The notes beneath the pieces were generated by a model. That model was given only the letters and a program-made list of their open reading frames with translations. It was not told the origin of the DNA and did not search any database. Source: Nitrosopumilus sp. (GTDB taxonomy: Archaea > Thermoproteota > Nitrososphaeria > Nitrososphaerales > Nitrosopumilaceae). Taken from it: a DNA stretch of 64,000 nt. The DNA lies in assembly GCA_965238275.1 (NCBI GenBank), contig OZ250186.1, positions 1,856,001-1,920,000 on the forward strand. The letters run 5' to 3'. The translations under genes were made by a program, and so were the position numbers. This document shows, in pieces, positions 1 through 9,573 of this stretch (within the stretch, counting starts at the first letter, position 1; each line of letters opens with the position of its first letter).

Positions 1-543
1 CCGCAGAGGATCACACCCGGAGACTGCCTTGTGATGGTGGGGGAGACAAAGGACGAGATGGGCGGCTCCGAGTATCTCGAATACATACACGGGTGCGTGG
101 GCGGAAGGTGCCCTGCCGTGGATTTTGCCGCATCAGAGAGGAACATGAACGGCGTGCTGGACTGCATCAGGAAGAACCTTGTAAGGTCGGCGCACGACTG
201 CTCAAAGGGAGGCCTGGCAGTCGCAGTATCCGAGATGTGCATGACCGGCCGGATCGGCTGCAACGTGGATACGGGAATGGTGCCGCATGACGTGATGATG
301 ATGGACATGGACAGGATACTGTTCTCTGAGAGCCACTCCAGGTATCTGCTGGCAGTACAAGAGGACAACCTAGAGGAGGTCAAAAGAATCCTTGAAGGGT
401 ACGGGGTCAGGTTCGACCAGATCGGAGGGTTTGGGGGCGAATCCATACTGTTCAGGGGCAAGAACGATGCAGTCAATCTAAGAGTTGATAAGGCACGTGA
501 GGTATGGTTAAACTCGTTGAAGAGTCTGGTGCTACATGGATAA
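1..543 (+). CDS. purL: Phosphoribosylformylglycinamidine synthase subunit PurL, C-terminal part (runs off the window start)
   Basis: Motifs GETKDEMGGSEY, SAHDCSKGGLAVA and LFSESHSRYL; frame open from base 1; overlaps the purF start. Confidence 0.92.
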   Translation, partial: PQRITPGDCLVMVGETKDEMGGSEYLEYIHGCVGGRCPAVDFAASERNMNGVLDCIRKNLVRSAHDCSKGGLAVAVSEMCMTGRIGCNVDTGMVPHDVMMMDMDRILFSESHSRYLLAVQEDNLEEVKRILEGYGVRFDQIGGFGGESILFRGKNDAVNLRVDKAREVWLNSLKSLVLHG

Positions 544-1969
544 GCCAAAGGAGAACTGCGGCGTTGTCGGGATCTACTCTGCCAGCGGAACAAACGTGGT
601 TCCGATGGCAATCGATGCGCTCAGGGCACTCCAGCACAGGGGACAGGAGGCATGGGGGATTGCAGTTCCCAACAAGCCGCCGTTCAAGAAGATCGGACTG
701 GTCTCAGCAGCCGCATCAGAACTCAAGTCCATCGCAAAAGACTACGCATCGCATGCAGTCATCGGCCACGTGCGGTACTCCACCATGGGAAGAAGCTCCC
801 TTGAGAATGCGCAGCCGCTGAAGGTAAAGGATCTGTGTGTGGCCCACAACGGGACAATTGCAAACGCGCAAGAGATCTCAAACCTTGTGGGCGGATGCTC
901 GTTTACCCCCCAGAATGCAAGCGACACGCTCGTTGCAGCGCAGCGGCTGGTCTCGCTGATATCAGAGAAGGGCGGGATGGGAAGCGCCATGTCGGTATTG
1001 AAAGACGAGATGAAGGGATCATACTGCTTTACGTTCATCTCAGACGACGAGTCAGTCTATGCGGCCCGCGACCCCATGGGATTCCGTCCAATGGTGCTAG
1101 GACACAAGGCCGCAGATGACACGTACATCGTGGCATCCGAATCCTCTGCCATCTCTGCAGTGGGTGCCAAGATGGAGCGCAACGTCGTGCCAGGCGAGAT
1201 GATAAGGATCAACAAGGACGGACTGAAATCCGAGATGTTCTCAAGGAATACCGCGCGGGCGCACTGCTCCTTTGAGTTTACCTACTTTGCGCATCCGTCA
1301 AGCAATATGGAGGGCGTCAACATCTATGTCACCCGCAAGAACATCGGCAGGTTTCTTGCAAGAAAGTTTCCTGTATGGGATGCTGATCTGGTGATACCGG
1401 TTCCGGATTCTGCAAGGCCCGCGGCCCTGGGATACGCGCAGGAACTGGGAGTGCAGTTTGACGAGGGCCTGCTAAAGGACAGGTACAGCAAGAAGGGGCC
1501 CCTGCGAAGCTTCATCGAGCCGCACCAGAGCGACAGGGTGGAGATAAACAGGTGGATAATTCCAATCCAGGAGATAATAGAAGGCAAGCATGTCGTGGTG
1601 ATTGATGACAGCCTGGTCAGGGGGACAAGCTCCCGGGCAATAATCAAGGCACTCAGAAGGGCGGGGGCAAAAAAGATCAGCATGATGATAACGTATCCCC
1701 CCATACAGTTCCCATGCTATGCAGGAATCGACTTTCCGTCCCAGGACGAGCTGGCAACATTCTCGGATAAGGAGATGAGTATTGAGGAGAGGATAGAGAT
1801 GGTCAGGCAGAGCATAGGTGCCGACTTTTTGGGATACAACGACGCAGAGAACCTTGCAGCCGCAGTCGGCATTCCAAGGGAGTCGATGTGCTTTACGTGC
1901 CATTCCGGGGACTATACCCCCCTGGGAATAACCCCCAAGTTCAAAAGCCGCATAGAGATGAAGGGGTAG
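536..1969 (+). CDS. purF: Amidophosphoribosyltransferase
   Basis: ENCGVVG Ntn nucleophile, LQHRGQE, GHVRYST, AHNG, PRPP motif VIDDSLVRGTS, PCYAGIDF, C-terminal CFTC. Confidence 0.97.
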   Translation: MDKPKENCGVVGIYSASGTNVVPMAIDALRALQHRGQEAWGIAVPNKPPFKKIGLVSAAASELKSIAKDYASHAVIGHVRYSTMGRSSLENAQPLKVKDLCVAHNGTIANAQEISNLVGGCSFTPQNASDTLVAAQRLVSLISEKGGMGSAMSVLKDEMKGSYCFTFISDDESVYAARDPMGFRPMVLGHKAADDTYIVASESSAISAVGAKMERNVVPGEMIRINKDGLKSEMFSRNTARAHCSFEFTYFAHPSSNMEGVNIYVTRKNIGRFLARKFPVWDADLVIPVPDSARPAALGYAQELGVQFDEGLLKDRYSKKGPLRSFIEPHQSDRVEINRWIIPIQEIIEGKHVVVIDDSLVRGTSSRAIIKALRRAGAKKISMMITYPPIQFPCYAGIDFPSQDELATFSDKEMSIEERIEMVRQSIGADFLGYNDAENLAAAVGIPRESMCFTCHSGDYTPLGITPKFKSRIEMKG

Positions 1970-2083
1970 TAGGAGTAGGAGTAGCCGGTCCGGACCAGGG
2001 CATATCCGTAGAATCCGCACGTCTGAAAACCATTTGGTATATTCCGTTTAACATGATGCGTCTAATACCGGATTACAGACAGT

Positions 2084-2353
2084 GTGTGTAATGCAGGAGT
2101 GGACATAGTGGTCAGAACCAGGAGAGCCAACAGGTACTGCGTGGACTGCGGTGCAAGGCTGGTGTACTATCCAAGACTCTCAAACCCCAAGGCGCCAAAC
2201 GAGTACAGGGTGCTGGTGTATGCGTGTCCCGACTGTACAGACGACTTTGAAAAGCCAAAGATGTTCTCGATTAAGAGAAACAAGTCCGAGGATCCGCTGG
2301 AGACTGTAGAGATTGAGATAACGCAGGTACAAAAAAAGATTGCAGCAAGATGA
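2084..2353 (+). CDS. Small zinc-ribbon hypothetical protein
   Basis: Two CxxC pairs (CVDC, CPDC); start may be GTG 2099. Confidence 0.7.
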   Translation: MCNAGVDIVVRTRRANRYCVDCGARLVYYPRLSNPKAPNEYRVLVYACPDCTDDFEKPKMFSIKRNKSEDPLETVEIEITQVQKKIAAR

Positions 2354-2512
2354 CTGGGGATGCAGGTCATGTGCATCATGGAGCCGAGTACACGCCCGGA
2401 TTCCAGTCAGAGAGGGGCGCAAATGCCGATGCAGTCATGTCTGCGGATCCGGGCATGCGCTGCCGTGCCGGTTCCATTGGGAATTTATACCAGCATATCC
2501 CACGCACACATG

Positions 2513-2977
2513 ATGGCAAGATCAAGGTACTGGAAGATCACACCAGACGAGATGGGCGATTATTCATATGACCACCAGTATCTTCTCAACTGGGAGATAA
2601 AATGCGTCAGGGAACCTGAAAGCGAGGCGCAGTTCATCGGGGTCTTCATGTACAGGAACGGCACCCCGTACGACTACGAGTCCATAAGGGGAATATGCTA
2701 TTTCTACAACAACATCAGCGGAAAGGAGATTCCAGCAATCACTGGGTTCCTCAAGGACAAGTTCGGCGGAAAGGAGATTGAAAAGGGGGAGAGGATGATC
2801 CTCAAGGGATCAGAGGAGATCTATTCTGGCAGGGACATAGCAGGCCTTGCAAGGGAGCTGGAGGACAAGTTTGACGCAAAGGCCGTGATATCCCTGGAGT
2901 TTGAGAACCTTACCACAGAGCAGCTAAAGGATGCGGGGCTGCCGGAGGCAAAACTGCTTCCAATACCCAGCAAATAG
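2513..2977 (+). CDS. Hypothetical protein
   Basis: ORF 2360..2977; TATA-like TTTATA at 2484 places the start at ATG 2510/2513. Confidence 0.75.
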   Translation: MARSRYWKITPDEMGDYSYDHQYLLNWEIKCVREPESEAQFIGVFMYRNGTPYDYESIRGICYFYNNISGKEIPAITGFLKDKFGGKEIEKGERMILKGSEEIYSGRDIAGLARELEDKFDAKAVISLEFENLTTEQLKDAGLPEAKLLPIPSK

Positions 2978-3005
2978 ATATTACCCTGAACGTACAAATG
3001 ATGCA

Positions 3006-3803
3006 ATGTCTGAACTGAAGGAGTTCGGTCAGCATCTTGACGAGCTGAGAAAGAGATTACTAAAGATTGCCATAGTGATTGGCGTCATTACAGTGTTCAT
3101 ACTGACGTTCCATTTGGAACCCATCCAGGTGGGGGAGACTGTCCTGTACTATCCCACCCCGGAACCGCTTGACAACATTGCAGCGCAGATAACAAACCAC
3201 ATGAGGGACAGCCTGGTGCCCGAGGATGTGGAACTGATTCAGACATCGCCAGGACAGGCATTCTTTGCGCAGGTATACATTGCAGCCCTCGTGGGGATTG
3301 TATCCGGAATGCCGGTAATAGTGTGGAACATGGCCGGATTCATCAGGCCGGCCCTCAGGGAGAGGGAGATAAACGTAAGCAGGACCATCACGATTCCGGC
3401 AGTGGGGCTGTTTGCCACGGGATGCGCGTTTGCATATGTTTTCGTGGTCCCATACATGCTGGAGTTCCTGTACAGGTATGGTGAGTCCTCCGGGCTCGTG
3501 ACATTCTTAAACGTGATTGACTTTGTCGCCTTCGTCCTGCAGTTTCTTCTGGCATTCGGGCTCTCGTTCCAGCTGCCGCTGGTAATGTATGCTACGTCAG
3601 TGTCAGGGGCCACGGATGCAGGCTTTTGGAGGAGGAACATAAGGTATGCCATAGTGGTCATAGTGATATTTGGGGCGGTGATAACGCCTGACGGGAGCGG
3701 AGTCACCATGTGGTTTATTGCAGGCCCGATGATTGCCCTGTACCTTACAGGCATGTTCATCATAGAACGCAGGGAAAAAGTTGAACACTTAAATTCAAAC
3801 TGA
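3006..3803 (+). CDS. tatC: Twin-arginine translocase subunit TatC
   Basis: HLDELRKRL, FIRPALRERE, FGLSFQLP, GAVITPD; multiple TM helices; start set at MSELKE. Confidence 0.94.
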   Translation: MSELKEFGQHLDELRKRLLKIAIVIGVITVFILTFHLEPIQVGETVLYYPTPEPLDNIAAQITNHMRDSLVPEDVELIQTSPGQAFFAQVYIAALVGIVSGMPVIVWNMAGFIRPALREREINVSRTITIPAVGLFATGCAFAYVFVVPYMLEFLYRYGESSGLVTFLNVIDFVAFVLQFLLAFGLSFQLPLVMYATSVSGATDAGFWRRNIRYAIVVIVIFGAVITPDGSGVTMWFIAGPMIALYLTGMFIIERREKVEHLNSN

Positions 3804-3817
3804 GGCAATACTGTACC

Positions 3818-4018
3818 ATGTTCGGATCCGTTTTGGCCGGTTTCATCGCAGGACAGGAGTGGATATTCATAATAATCATCGCAGTCGTGTTCATCTTTGG
3901 GGCAAAGAAGATACCGGAGCTTGCAAAGACGTTTGGCAAGGCCAAGGGCGAGTATGAAAAGGGCAAGATAGAGGGCGAAAAGGAACTCAAGGATTTCAAA
4001 GACAAGTCGTCATCCTGA
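3818..4018 (+). CDS. tatA: Twin-arginine translocase TatA/E subunit
   Basis: TM helix followed by FGAKKIPELAKTFGKAKGEY. Confidence 0.94.
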   Translation: MFGSVLAGFIAGQEWIFIIIIAVVFIFGAKKIPELAKTFGKAKGEYEKGKIEGEKELKDFKDKSSS

Positions 4019-4441
4019 TTCTGCAGCCGCTGCAAGGTCATCTAGAATGGCGCCATAGTCGCGCTTGTATCTGCCGCGGTCAAGCATGGAGTTTATCCCC
4101 ATGGCCAGGCCCAGCCGCAGGTTCACGTCAGTCACAACCAGGGTGTCGTCTCCTGCCACGTCAAACCTCTGCAGGATACTTGACCCCTTGAGGCTGCCCC
4201 CGATTACAAACAGGTTGTGCGTGGACGGGGGCAGGGACAAATGCCTTGCCATGATGACAAGGCGCCGCCCGCCAAGGTTCATGTGCTCCTCTACTACTGC
4301 CACATCTCCCCGGACGGAACGGACCCGGACCGACGGAAAGTGCTGGGGGATCGTCTCGGGGTAGGACCTAAAGCAGGACATTGTATCGTATGTCTTTTGC
4401 CGTTGTGCATGAACCATCTTCTCCAATCTGAACCTTGGCAA
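4010..4441 (-). CDS. SRPBCC/polyketide cyclase-like protein
   Basis: 143 aa; YPETIPQHFPSVRVRS pattern with C-terminal helix typical of SRPBCC folds. Confidence 0.65.
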   Translation of the reverse strand: MPRFRLEKMVHAQRQKTYDTMSCFRSYPETIPQHFPSVRVRSVRGDVAVVEEHMNLGGRRLVIMARHLSLPPSTHNLFVIGGSLKGSSILQRFDVAGDDTLVVTDVNLRLGLAMGINSMLDRGRYKRDYGAILDDLAAAAESG

Positions 4442-4631
4442 TCACGGTGTGGTGCGCCTGTCTCGGGTATAAACCATGATTGTCCGAGGGATCAGTCGGC
4501 AGGAACAGCCGGTACCCGAAGGAATTCTGCTGCATGGAGCCAGGCTCCCATACATGATGCAGTGCCCGCCGGGCGTTCCTTTACGCTGCCGGCTTGAAAT
4601 TTTTATATCCGCAGGAGACAGACCCGGTGGA

Positions 4632-5036
4632 ATGATTGACGGGATAGAGGGCATGACAGTCATGGTCTCAGACCAGCAAAAGGCAGTGGAGTTTTACACG
4701 CAGAGGCTTGGGCTTGAAAAAAAGGTGGATACGGATGCGGCAGGATACAGGTGGGTCGTGGTTGGCCCAAGGGGATCAGAGACGGTGATCAGCCTGGCAG
4801 ACCCTGCCCAGTTGAAAGACTGCGACCCAGAACAGATTGAACGGGCAAGGGCAAGAATCGGGGCACCCACCGGAATCTGGTTTTACACCAAGGATATCGA
4901 GGCGACATACCAGGAACTAAGATCAAGGCAGGTGGACATCACCAAACCCGAAAGGCAGGCCTGGGGCGGAGTGATGAGTCGCATCCATGATCAGGACAGG
5001 AACACCATCTGGCTGGTCGGGGATTCCAAGGAATAG
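4632..5036 (+). CDS. VOC family (glyoxalase-like) protein
   Basis: VSDQQKAVEFYTQRLG, DIEATYQEL, QAWGG...DQDRN; TATA TTTTATA at ~4600. Confidence 0.88.
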   Translation: MIDGIEGMTVMVSDQQKAVEFYTQRLGLEKKVDTDAAGYRWVVVGPRGSETVISLADPAQLKDCDPEQIERARARIGAPTGIWFYTKDIEATYQELRSRQVDITKPERQAWGGVMSRIHDQDRNTIWLVGDSKE

Positions 5037-5229
5037 CCCGCGGTTTCTTCAAGGCACCAAAAACCGGTTTGCCGATTCCTCATGTGGGACAACTTGGCTC
5101 GGGTCAATGCCACGGTGTGGCTGAGTGCATCAGGTCGTGCGTGGGTCGGAGCATCCTCAGGCGCATGCAGTAATCTCACCAGGATTCAAGGGGCGTCTAC
5201 CTGACAACACCGGACATTCCTAGAGTGGA

Positions 5230-5790
5230 TCAATTGCCGGTGCCCCACCTAGTGTACAGGCCGTGATCTATTCCAAACTGATCCAGGCATTTTCCAACGC
5301 CGTGGTTTATGATGTCGTCCACGGACTCGGGCTTGGTATAGAATTCAGTCACCGGGGGCAGTATCACTATTCCCAGCCTTGCAAGCTTTAGCATGTTCTC
5401 CAGGTGGATGGCAGACAGCGGGGTCTCCCGTGCCATGAGTACCAGCTTTCTGGACTCTTTTATCGTGACGCCTGCAGCCCTTGCAATCAGGGTGTCGTCG
5501 TATCCGCCTGCGATGGCAGCCAGCGTCTTCATGCTGCACGGGGCCACTATCATCCCGTCTGTCCGGTATGTTCCGCTGGACACCCCGGATGCCATGTTTG
5601 CCTCGTCAGACACGTCCGTTGCCAGGGACTTGACGTAGTCGATTGTGTATTCAGTCTCCATTCCTATGCAGGTTCTGGCCCACTTGGAGACTATCAGGTG
5701 CGTCTCAACGTCGGCCTCCCTGAGTACCTCAAGCATCCTCACCCCATAGACTGCGCCGGTGCTCCCGGTCATTCCTATAACAAGCTTCAA
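5230..5790 (-). CDS. ubiX: Flavin prenyltransferase UbiX
   Basis: GMTGSTG, SSG, APCSMKTLAAIA, RETPL, HLENM. Confidence 0.95.
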   Translation of the reverse strand: MKLVIGMTGSTGAVYGVRMLEVLREADVETHLIVSKWARTCIGMETEYTIDYVKSLATDVSDEANMASGVSSGTYRTDGMIVAPCSMKTLAAIAGGYDDTLIARAAGVTIKESRKLVLMARETPLSAIHLENMLKLARLGIVILPPVTEFYTKPESVDDIINHGVGKCLDQFGIDHGLYTRWGTGN

Positions 5791-5823
5791 TGATACTAGT
5801 ATACCGCTGAGCTATTTTATCCC

Positions 5824-5982
5824 TTAGATCATATCAGGGCTGGTGCCGGAGGCATCCTGTTCCTCCTCCTCCGCCTCAGGCTCCCTGTACCTTCTGCGCT
5901 TGATCCACAACGATATCCCGCCTGCGGCCATGGCAGTCAGCAGGATCACCCCTGCCATCTGCAGTTCGAAACTGTACAGCAT
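5824..5982 (-). CDS. Small single-TM hypothetical protein
   Basis: Hydrophobic helix, KRRRYR, acidic tail; start set at MLYSF. Confidence 0.5.
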   Translation of the reverse strand: MLYSFELQMAGVILLTAMAAGGISLWIKRRRYREPEAEEEEQDASGTSPDMI

Positions 5983-6090
5983 GAACAATGTATGATTACA
6001 TATGGGAAAAGTCTTGTGGCACGACAAAGGATGCAGAACGGGAAATTCCCAAAGACTAGTTATATTACATCCATTCATTCAAGATGAAAC

Positions 6091-7182
6091 ATGATCGAGG
6101 ACTCTGATGTGAAGAGTGTGGTAAAGGGCTACTCGGATGTGAGGGTAGGCGTTTTGGGCAGCCATTCGGCACTTGAGATCATGGACGGGGCAAAAGACGA
6201 GGGACTCTCCACAGTAGTCTTTTGCCAGAAGGGAAGGGAGCTGCCATACCAGAGATTTTCAAGGATTGCAGACGAGATCATAGTACTGGACAGATTCAAG
6301 GACATGGCGTCTGCCAAAAACCAGGAGAGGATGAGGGAGTCAGGAACGATTGTTGTTCCGCACCGCTCCCTTACTGCATACCTTGGATACAAGACCATAG
6401 AGGAGGAGTTCAGGGTGCCCATATTTGGAAACAGGCGGCTGTTCCAGGCAGAGGAGAGGACGGCAGAAAAGGGCCAGTACTACCTGCTTGAAAAAGCGGG
6501 CATCCGATACCCCAAGGTGTTTGCCAGTCCGGAGGACATAAACGGGCCGTGCATAGTAAAGGTGCAGGAGAAGGACAGGCCCCTTGAGAGGGCCTTTTTC
6601 ACTGCCTCAGGATACAATGATTACAAGGTTAATTCACATTACAGAATCACACAGGGTACGATATCAAAGGAAGACCTGGAAGCGGCAAGCATCGAGGAGC
6701 TTGTCATCGGAACATACATGAACTTTAACTTTTTCCACACCCCGATATCAGACCAGGTGGATTTCATAGGGATTGAAAGGAGGCTGCAGACTGACATCCA
6801 CGACTACAACGCGCTTCCGGCAAACCAGCAGCAGCAAATACGTATTACCCCGCAGAACATCGAGGTCGGGCACACTCCTGCAAGCATCAGGGAGTCCCTG
6901 CTTGAAAAGGTGCTCGAAATGGGCGACAAGTTTGTTGCGGCGGCAAAAAGAGAGTACGCCCCAGGAATCATAGGGCCGTTTTCTCTCCAGAGCGTGATTA
7001 CCAGGGATCTTGAGCTGGTAGTGTATGACGTCTCCCTGCGGGTTCCGGGAAACCCGATAGTCGCCACGACCAGCCCGTACACAAAATACCAGTACGGCAC
7101 TACATTTGGCATAGGCAGAAGGATTGCCATGGAGATCAGGCGGGCCATGGACGAGGACAGCCTGGACAAGATTGTAACATAA
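6091..7182 (+). CDS. purP: PurP-family formate--AICAR ligase (ATP-grasp), paralogue 1
   Basis: LGSHSALEIMDGAKDEG, PIFGNR, GHTPASIRESLL, GIIGPFSLQ, GRRIAMEI. Confidence 0.88.
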   Translation: MIEDSDVKSVVKGYSDVRVGVLGSHSALEIMDGAKDEGLSTVVFCQKGRELPYQRFSRIADEIIVLDRFKDMASAKNQERMRESGTIVVPHRSLTAYLGYKTIEEEFRVPIFGNRRLFQAEERTAEKGQYYLLEKAGIRYPKVFASPEDINGPCIVKVQEKDRPLERAFFTASGYNDYKVNSHYRITQGTISKEDLEAASIEELVIGTYMNFNFFHTPISDQVDFIGIERRLQTDIHDYNALPANQQQQIRITPQNIEVGHTPASIRESLLEKVLEMGDKFVAAAKREYAPGIIGPFSLQSVITRDLELVVYDVSLRVPGNPIVATTSPYTKYQYGTTFGIGRRIAMEIRRAMDEDSLDKIVT

Positions 7183-7211
7183 ATCCAAGAGTGACGGTTC
7201 AGTGTACGCTT

Positions 7212-7235
7212 GGCGGTGGTGGTGGTGGTGGTGGC
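7212..7235. repeat. (GGT)6 microsatellite flanked by GGC
   Basis: Seen directly, 30 bp downstream of the purP stop. Confidence 0.9.
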
Positions 7236-7307
7236 CAATTACGCACCAGACTGCCTTGCGCTAAATTCCTGGTATCGTTTTTAACTGAGGCATATCCATC
7301 ACACCCC

Positions 7308-7412
7308 ATGAACAAGCGCTTTGTGATGGTAGGCATAGGCCTGGGAATAATTATCACAATTGCAGTAATCGTCGGCTCGCCTGCGCTAGGCGGCTTTGAT
7401 GCCACACGCTGA
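7308..7412 (+). CDS. Small membrane protein (34 aa)
   Basis: MNKRF plus hydrophobic helix; TTTTTAA TATA-like box ~30 bp upstream. Confidence 0.55.
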   Translation: MNKRFVMVGIGLGIIITIAVIVGSPALGGFDATR

Positions 7413-8546
7413 TCAGCAGAACCGCCCGTGCGCGCTCTCAAAGGCGCCAAGCGACTCTTTGATGTCGGCATCTGTAAGCCATGCCGTAACTGATATCCTC
7501 AGCCTTGCCTGGTTTTTTGGGACCGTCGGGTACCGGATGGGCTGTACAAAGACGCCCCTCTTGCGAAGAAACTCGCCCATCTCCAGCGCATCGCGCTCCC
7601 TGCCAACCACGACCGGGATGATGTGGGTCTGCGATGTCACGTCATAGCCGATCCTTTTCAGCCCGTCGGCCATCTGTCTGGTGTTGCGCGCAAGCACCTG
7701 CCGTCGTGCCTCCCGGTCAGACAGGAACCGTCCCAGGGAGTGCTCCACCAGAAACGCCGGCAGCGCAGACGTGTAGATGAACGGCCTTGATTGGTTTATG
7801 CACATCTGGATTATCCGCTCGTCAGAGGCCACGTATCCCCCGAACGAGCCCAGCGCCTTGCTCAGGCTGCTGATGTAGATGTCCACCTTGCCTGCAACCC
7901 CGAACAGGTCAGGCACGCCCCTGCCGTCGCTGCCTGCCACAAAGTCCCCATGGGCATCGTCAAGTACCGTCACGGCGCCGGTCCTGCCTGCAAGATCCAC
8001 AATCTCCCGTATGTCTGAATAGTCCCCGTCCATGCTGAATATGCCCTCGGTGACGATGAACCTGTTCCCTGCGCCCCCCTCAAGCTTTTTCTCAAGATCA
8101 TCCATGTCGTTGTGCCTGTATACGGAGACCCGGGCGCCGGACAGCCTGCACGACTCTATTATGCTTGCATGGTTCAGCTCGTCACTGAGAATCAGGTCCC
8201 CCTTTTGCGCCACTGCAGGCATCACCCCCGTGTTTGCCATGTATCCGGTCGGGTATACCAGGCTGCCCTGCTGCGACTTGTGTCTTGCAAGCGCCTCCTC
8301 CAGCTGATCATAGACGGGATCGTTTCCAGATACCAGTCGGGAGCTGGACTGGGACTGTCCGGTTCTGACGGGCGTTGCGGGGATTCCAAGGTAGTCATTT
8401 GAGCACAGGTTGATGAGCCTCTTGCCGTCAATCGTAATGTACTGGCCCTGCACCGTTCCGGACTTGAGCGTCCTGTATAGTCCGTCCTCTTGTATGCGAT
8501 GCAGCCTGGCATCGGCAAAATCCAGGCTGTTATGCCTTGAGTCCAA
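7413..8546 (-). CDS. bioF: 8-amino-7-oxononanoate synthase
   Basis: CSNDYLG, SDELNHASIIE, EGIFSMDGD, DDAHG, PLP lysine SLSKALG, IRYPTVP. Confidence 0.95.
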   Translation of the reverse strand: MDSRHNSLDFADARLHRIQEDGLYRTLKSGTVQGQYITIDGKRLINLCSNDYLGIPATPVRTGQSQSSSRLVSGNDPVYDQLEEALARHKSQQGSLVYPTGYMANTGVMPAVAQKGDLILSDELNHASIIESCRLSGARVSVYRHNDMDDLEKKLEGGAGNRFIVTEGIFSMDGDYSDIREIVDLAGRTGAVTVLDDAHGDFVAGSDGRGVPDLFGVAGKVDIYISSLSKALGSFGGYVASDERIIQMCINQSRPFIYTSALPAFLVEHSLGRFLSDREARRQVLARNTRQMADGLKRIGYDVTSQTHIIPVVVGRERDALEMGEFLRKRGVFVQPIRYPTVPKNQARLRISVTAWLTDADIKESLGAFESAHGRFC

Positions 8547-9501
8547 TTCTTTTGATCATCCCGGAGTCTTTCCCGGCATCATTCCCGCCCATGGTCAGGT
8601 ATCCTTCGGTTATTATGCCGTTGGCGCCGCTCTGCAGCAGCTCCTCGCCGGAGTCTGCAAGACGCGTCTCCCTCCCCCCGGATATCTTGATTATTGATTC
8701 TGGCAGCAGGAACCGGATGACTGAGAACATCCGGACGATCTCGTGGTTTGGGAGTGCCGTCTGCAGCTCAAGCGGCGTTCCCGGTACGGGCACCAGGATG
8801 TTTATCGTGACCTCTTCTGGGTGCAGTCCTGCCAGCTCCAGCGCAAGCTCCAGCCTCTGTCCCCTGCTCTCCCCAAGGCCGATTATTCCGCCGGTGCACA
8901 GTTCCAGGCCGGCCCTGCGGGCAGTATGCAGGGTGTCAAGCCGGTCGTCATACGTGTGGGTTGTGCAGATGTCATGAAACTTTGATCTTGCAGTCTCTAG
9001 GTTGTGGTTGTACCTCCTCACGCCCAGATCCTTGAGTCTTTCTGCCTGATCCGCGCTCAGGAATCCAAGGCTGCACTCTATGCCGATTGGAATGCAGCGG
9101 ATGGCCTCGATTATCCGGCACACCTTCTCAAAGTCTGCCGGGGACGGCCTCCTCCACGCAGCCACCAGGCAGTATGATGATGCGCCCTGTTCATGGGCCC
9201 TTTTGGCCCTGTCAAGTATCTCCTGCGGTTCGGGAAGCTGGTATGATTCAATCCCGGTATCATAAAAGGCGGACTGTCCGCAGAACGAGCAGTCCTCGCT
9301 GCATGCGTTCTTTTTGATGTTGTTGAGCTGCTCCACGTCAACCCTGTCTCCGTTAAATTTCCGGGTAATGGCGTCAGCTGCGCATGCAAGATCCCGCAGC
9401 TGCCCGTCGGGAACATAAAACAGCATCCTTGCCTCCTCTGCAGATATTCCCGCCCCGGAGGTCACCTTGTCTTGGCAGGCCGTTATGAACTCCGCACCCA
9501 T
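8530..9501 (-). CDS. bioB: Biotin synthase
   Basis: Radical SAM CSEDCSFC, YNHNLET, CTGGIIGLGE, GGRE. Confidence 0.97.
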   Translation of the reverse strand: MGAEFITACQDKVTSGAGISAEEARMLFYVPDGQLRDLACAADAITRKFNGDRVDVEQLNNIKKNACSEDCSFCGQSAFYDTGIESYQLPEPQEILDRAKRAHEQGASSYCLVAAWRRPSPADFEKVCRIIEAIRCIPIGIECSLGFLSADQAERLKDLGVRRYNHNLETARSKFHDICTTHTYDDRLDTLHTARRAGLELCTGGIIGLGESRGQRLELALELAGLHPEEVTINILVPVPGTPLELQTALPNHEIVRMFSVIRFLLPESIIKISGGRETRLADSGEELLQSGANGIITEGYLTMGGNDAGKDSGMIKRIGLKA

Positions 9502-9573
9502 AAAGTGCGTGGTGCTTTTCCATTTATAATGATACTGGAAAGGTTAACCTGCCTGTGGCACCCCGGTTAACCG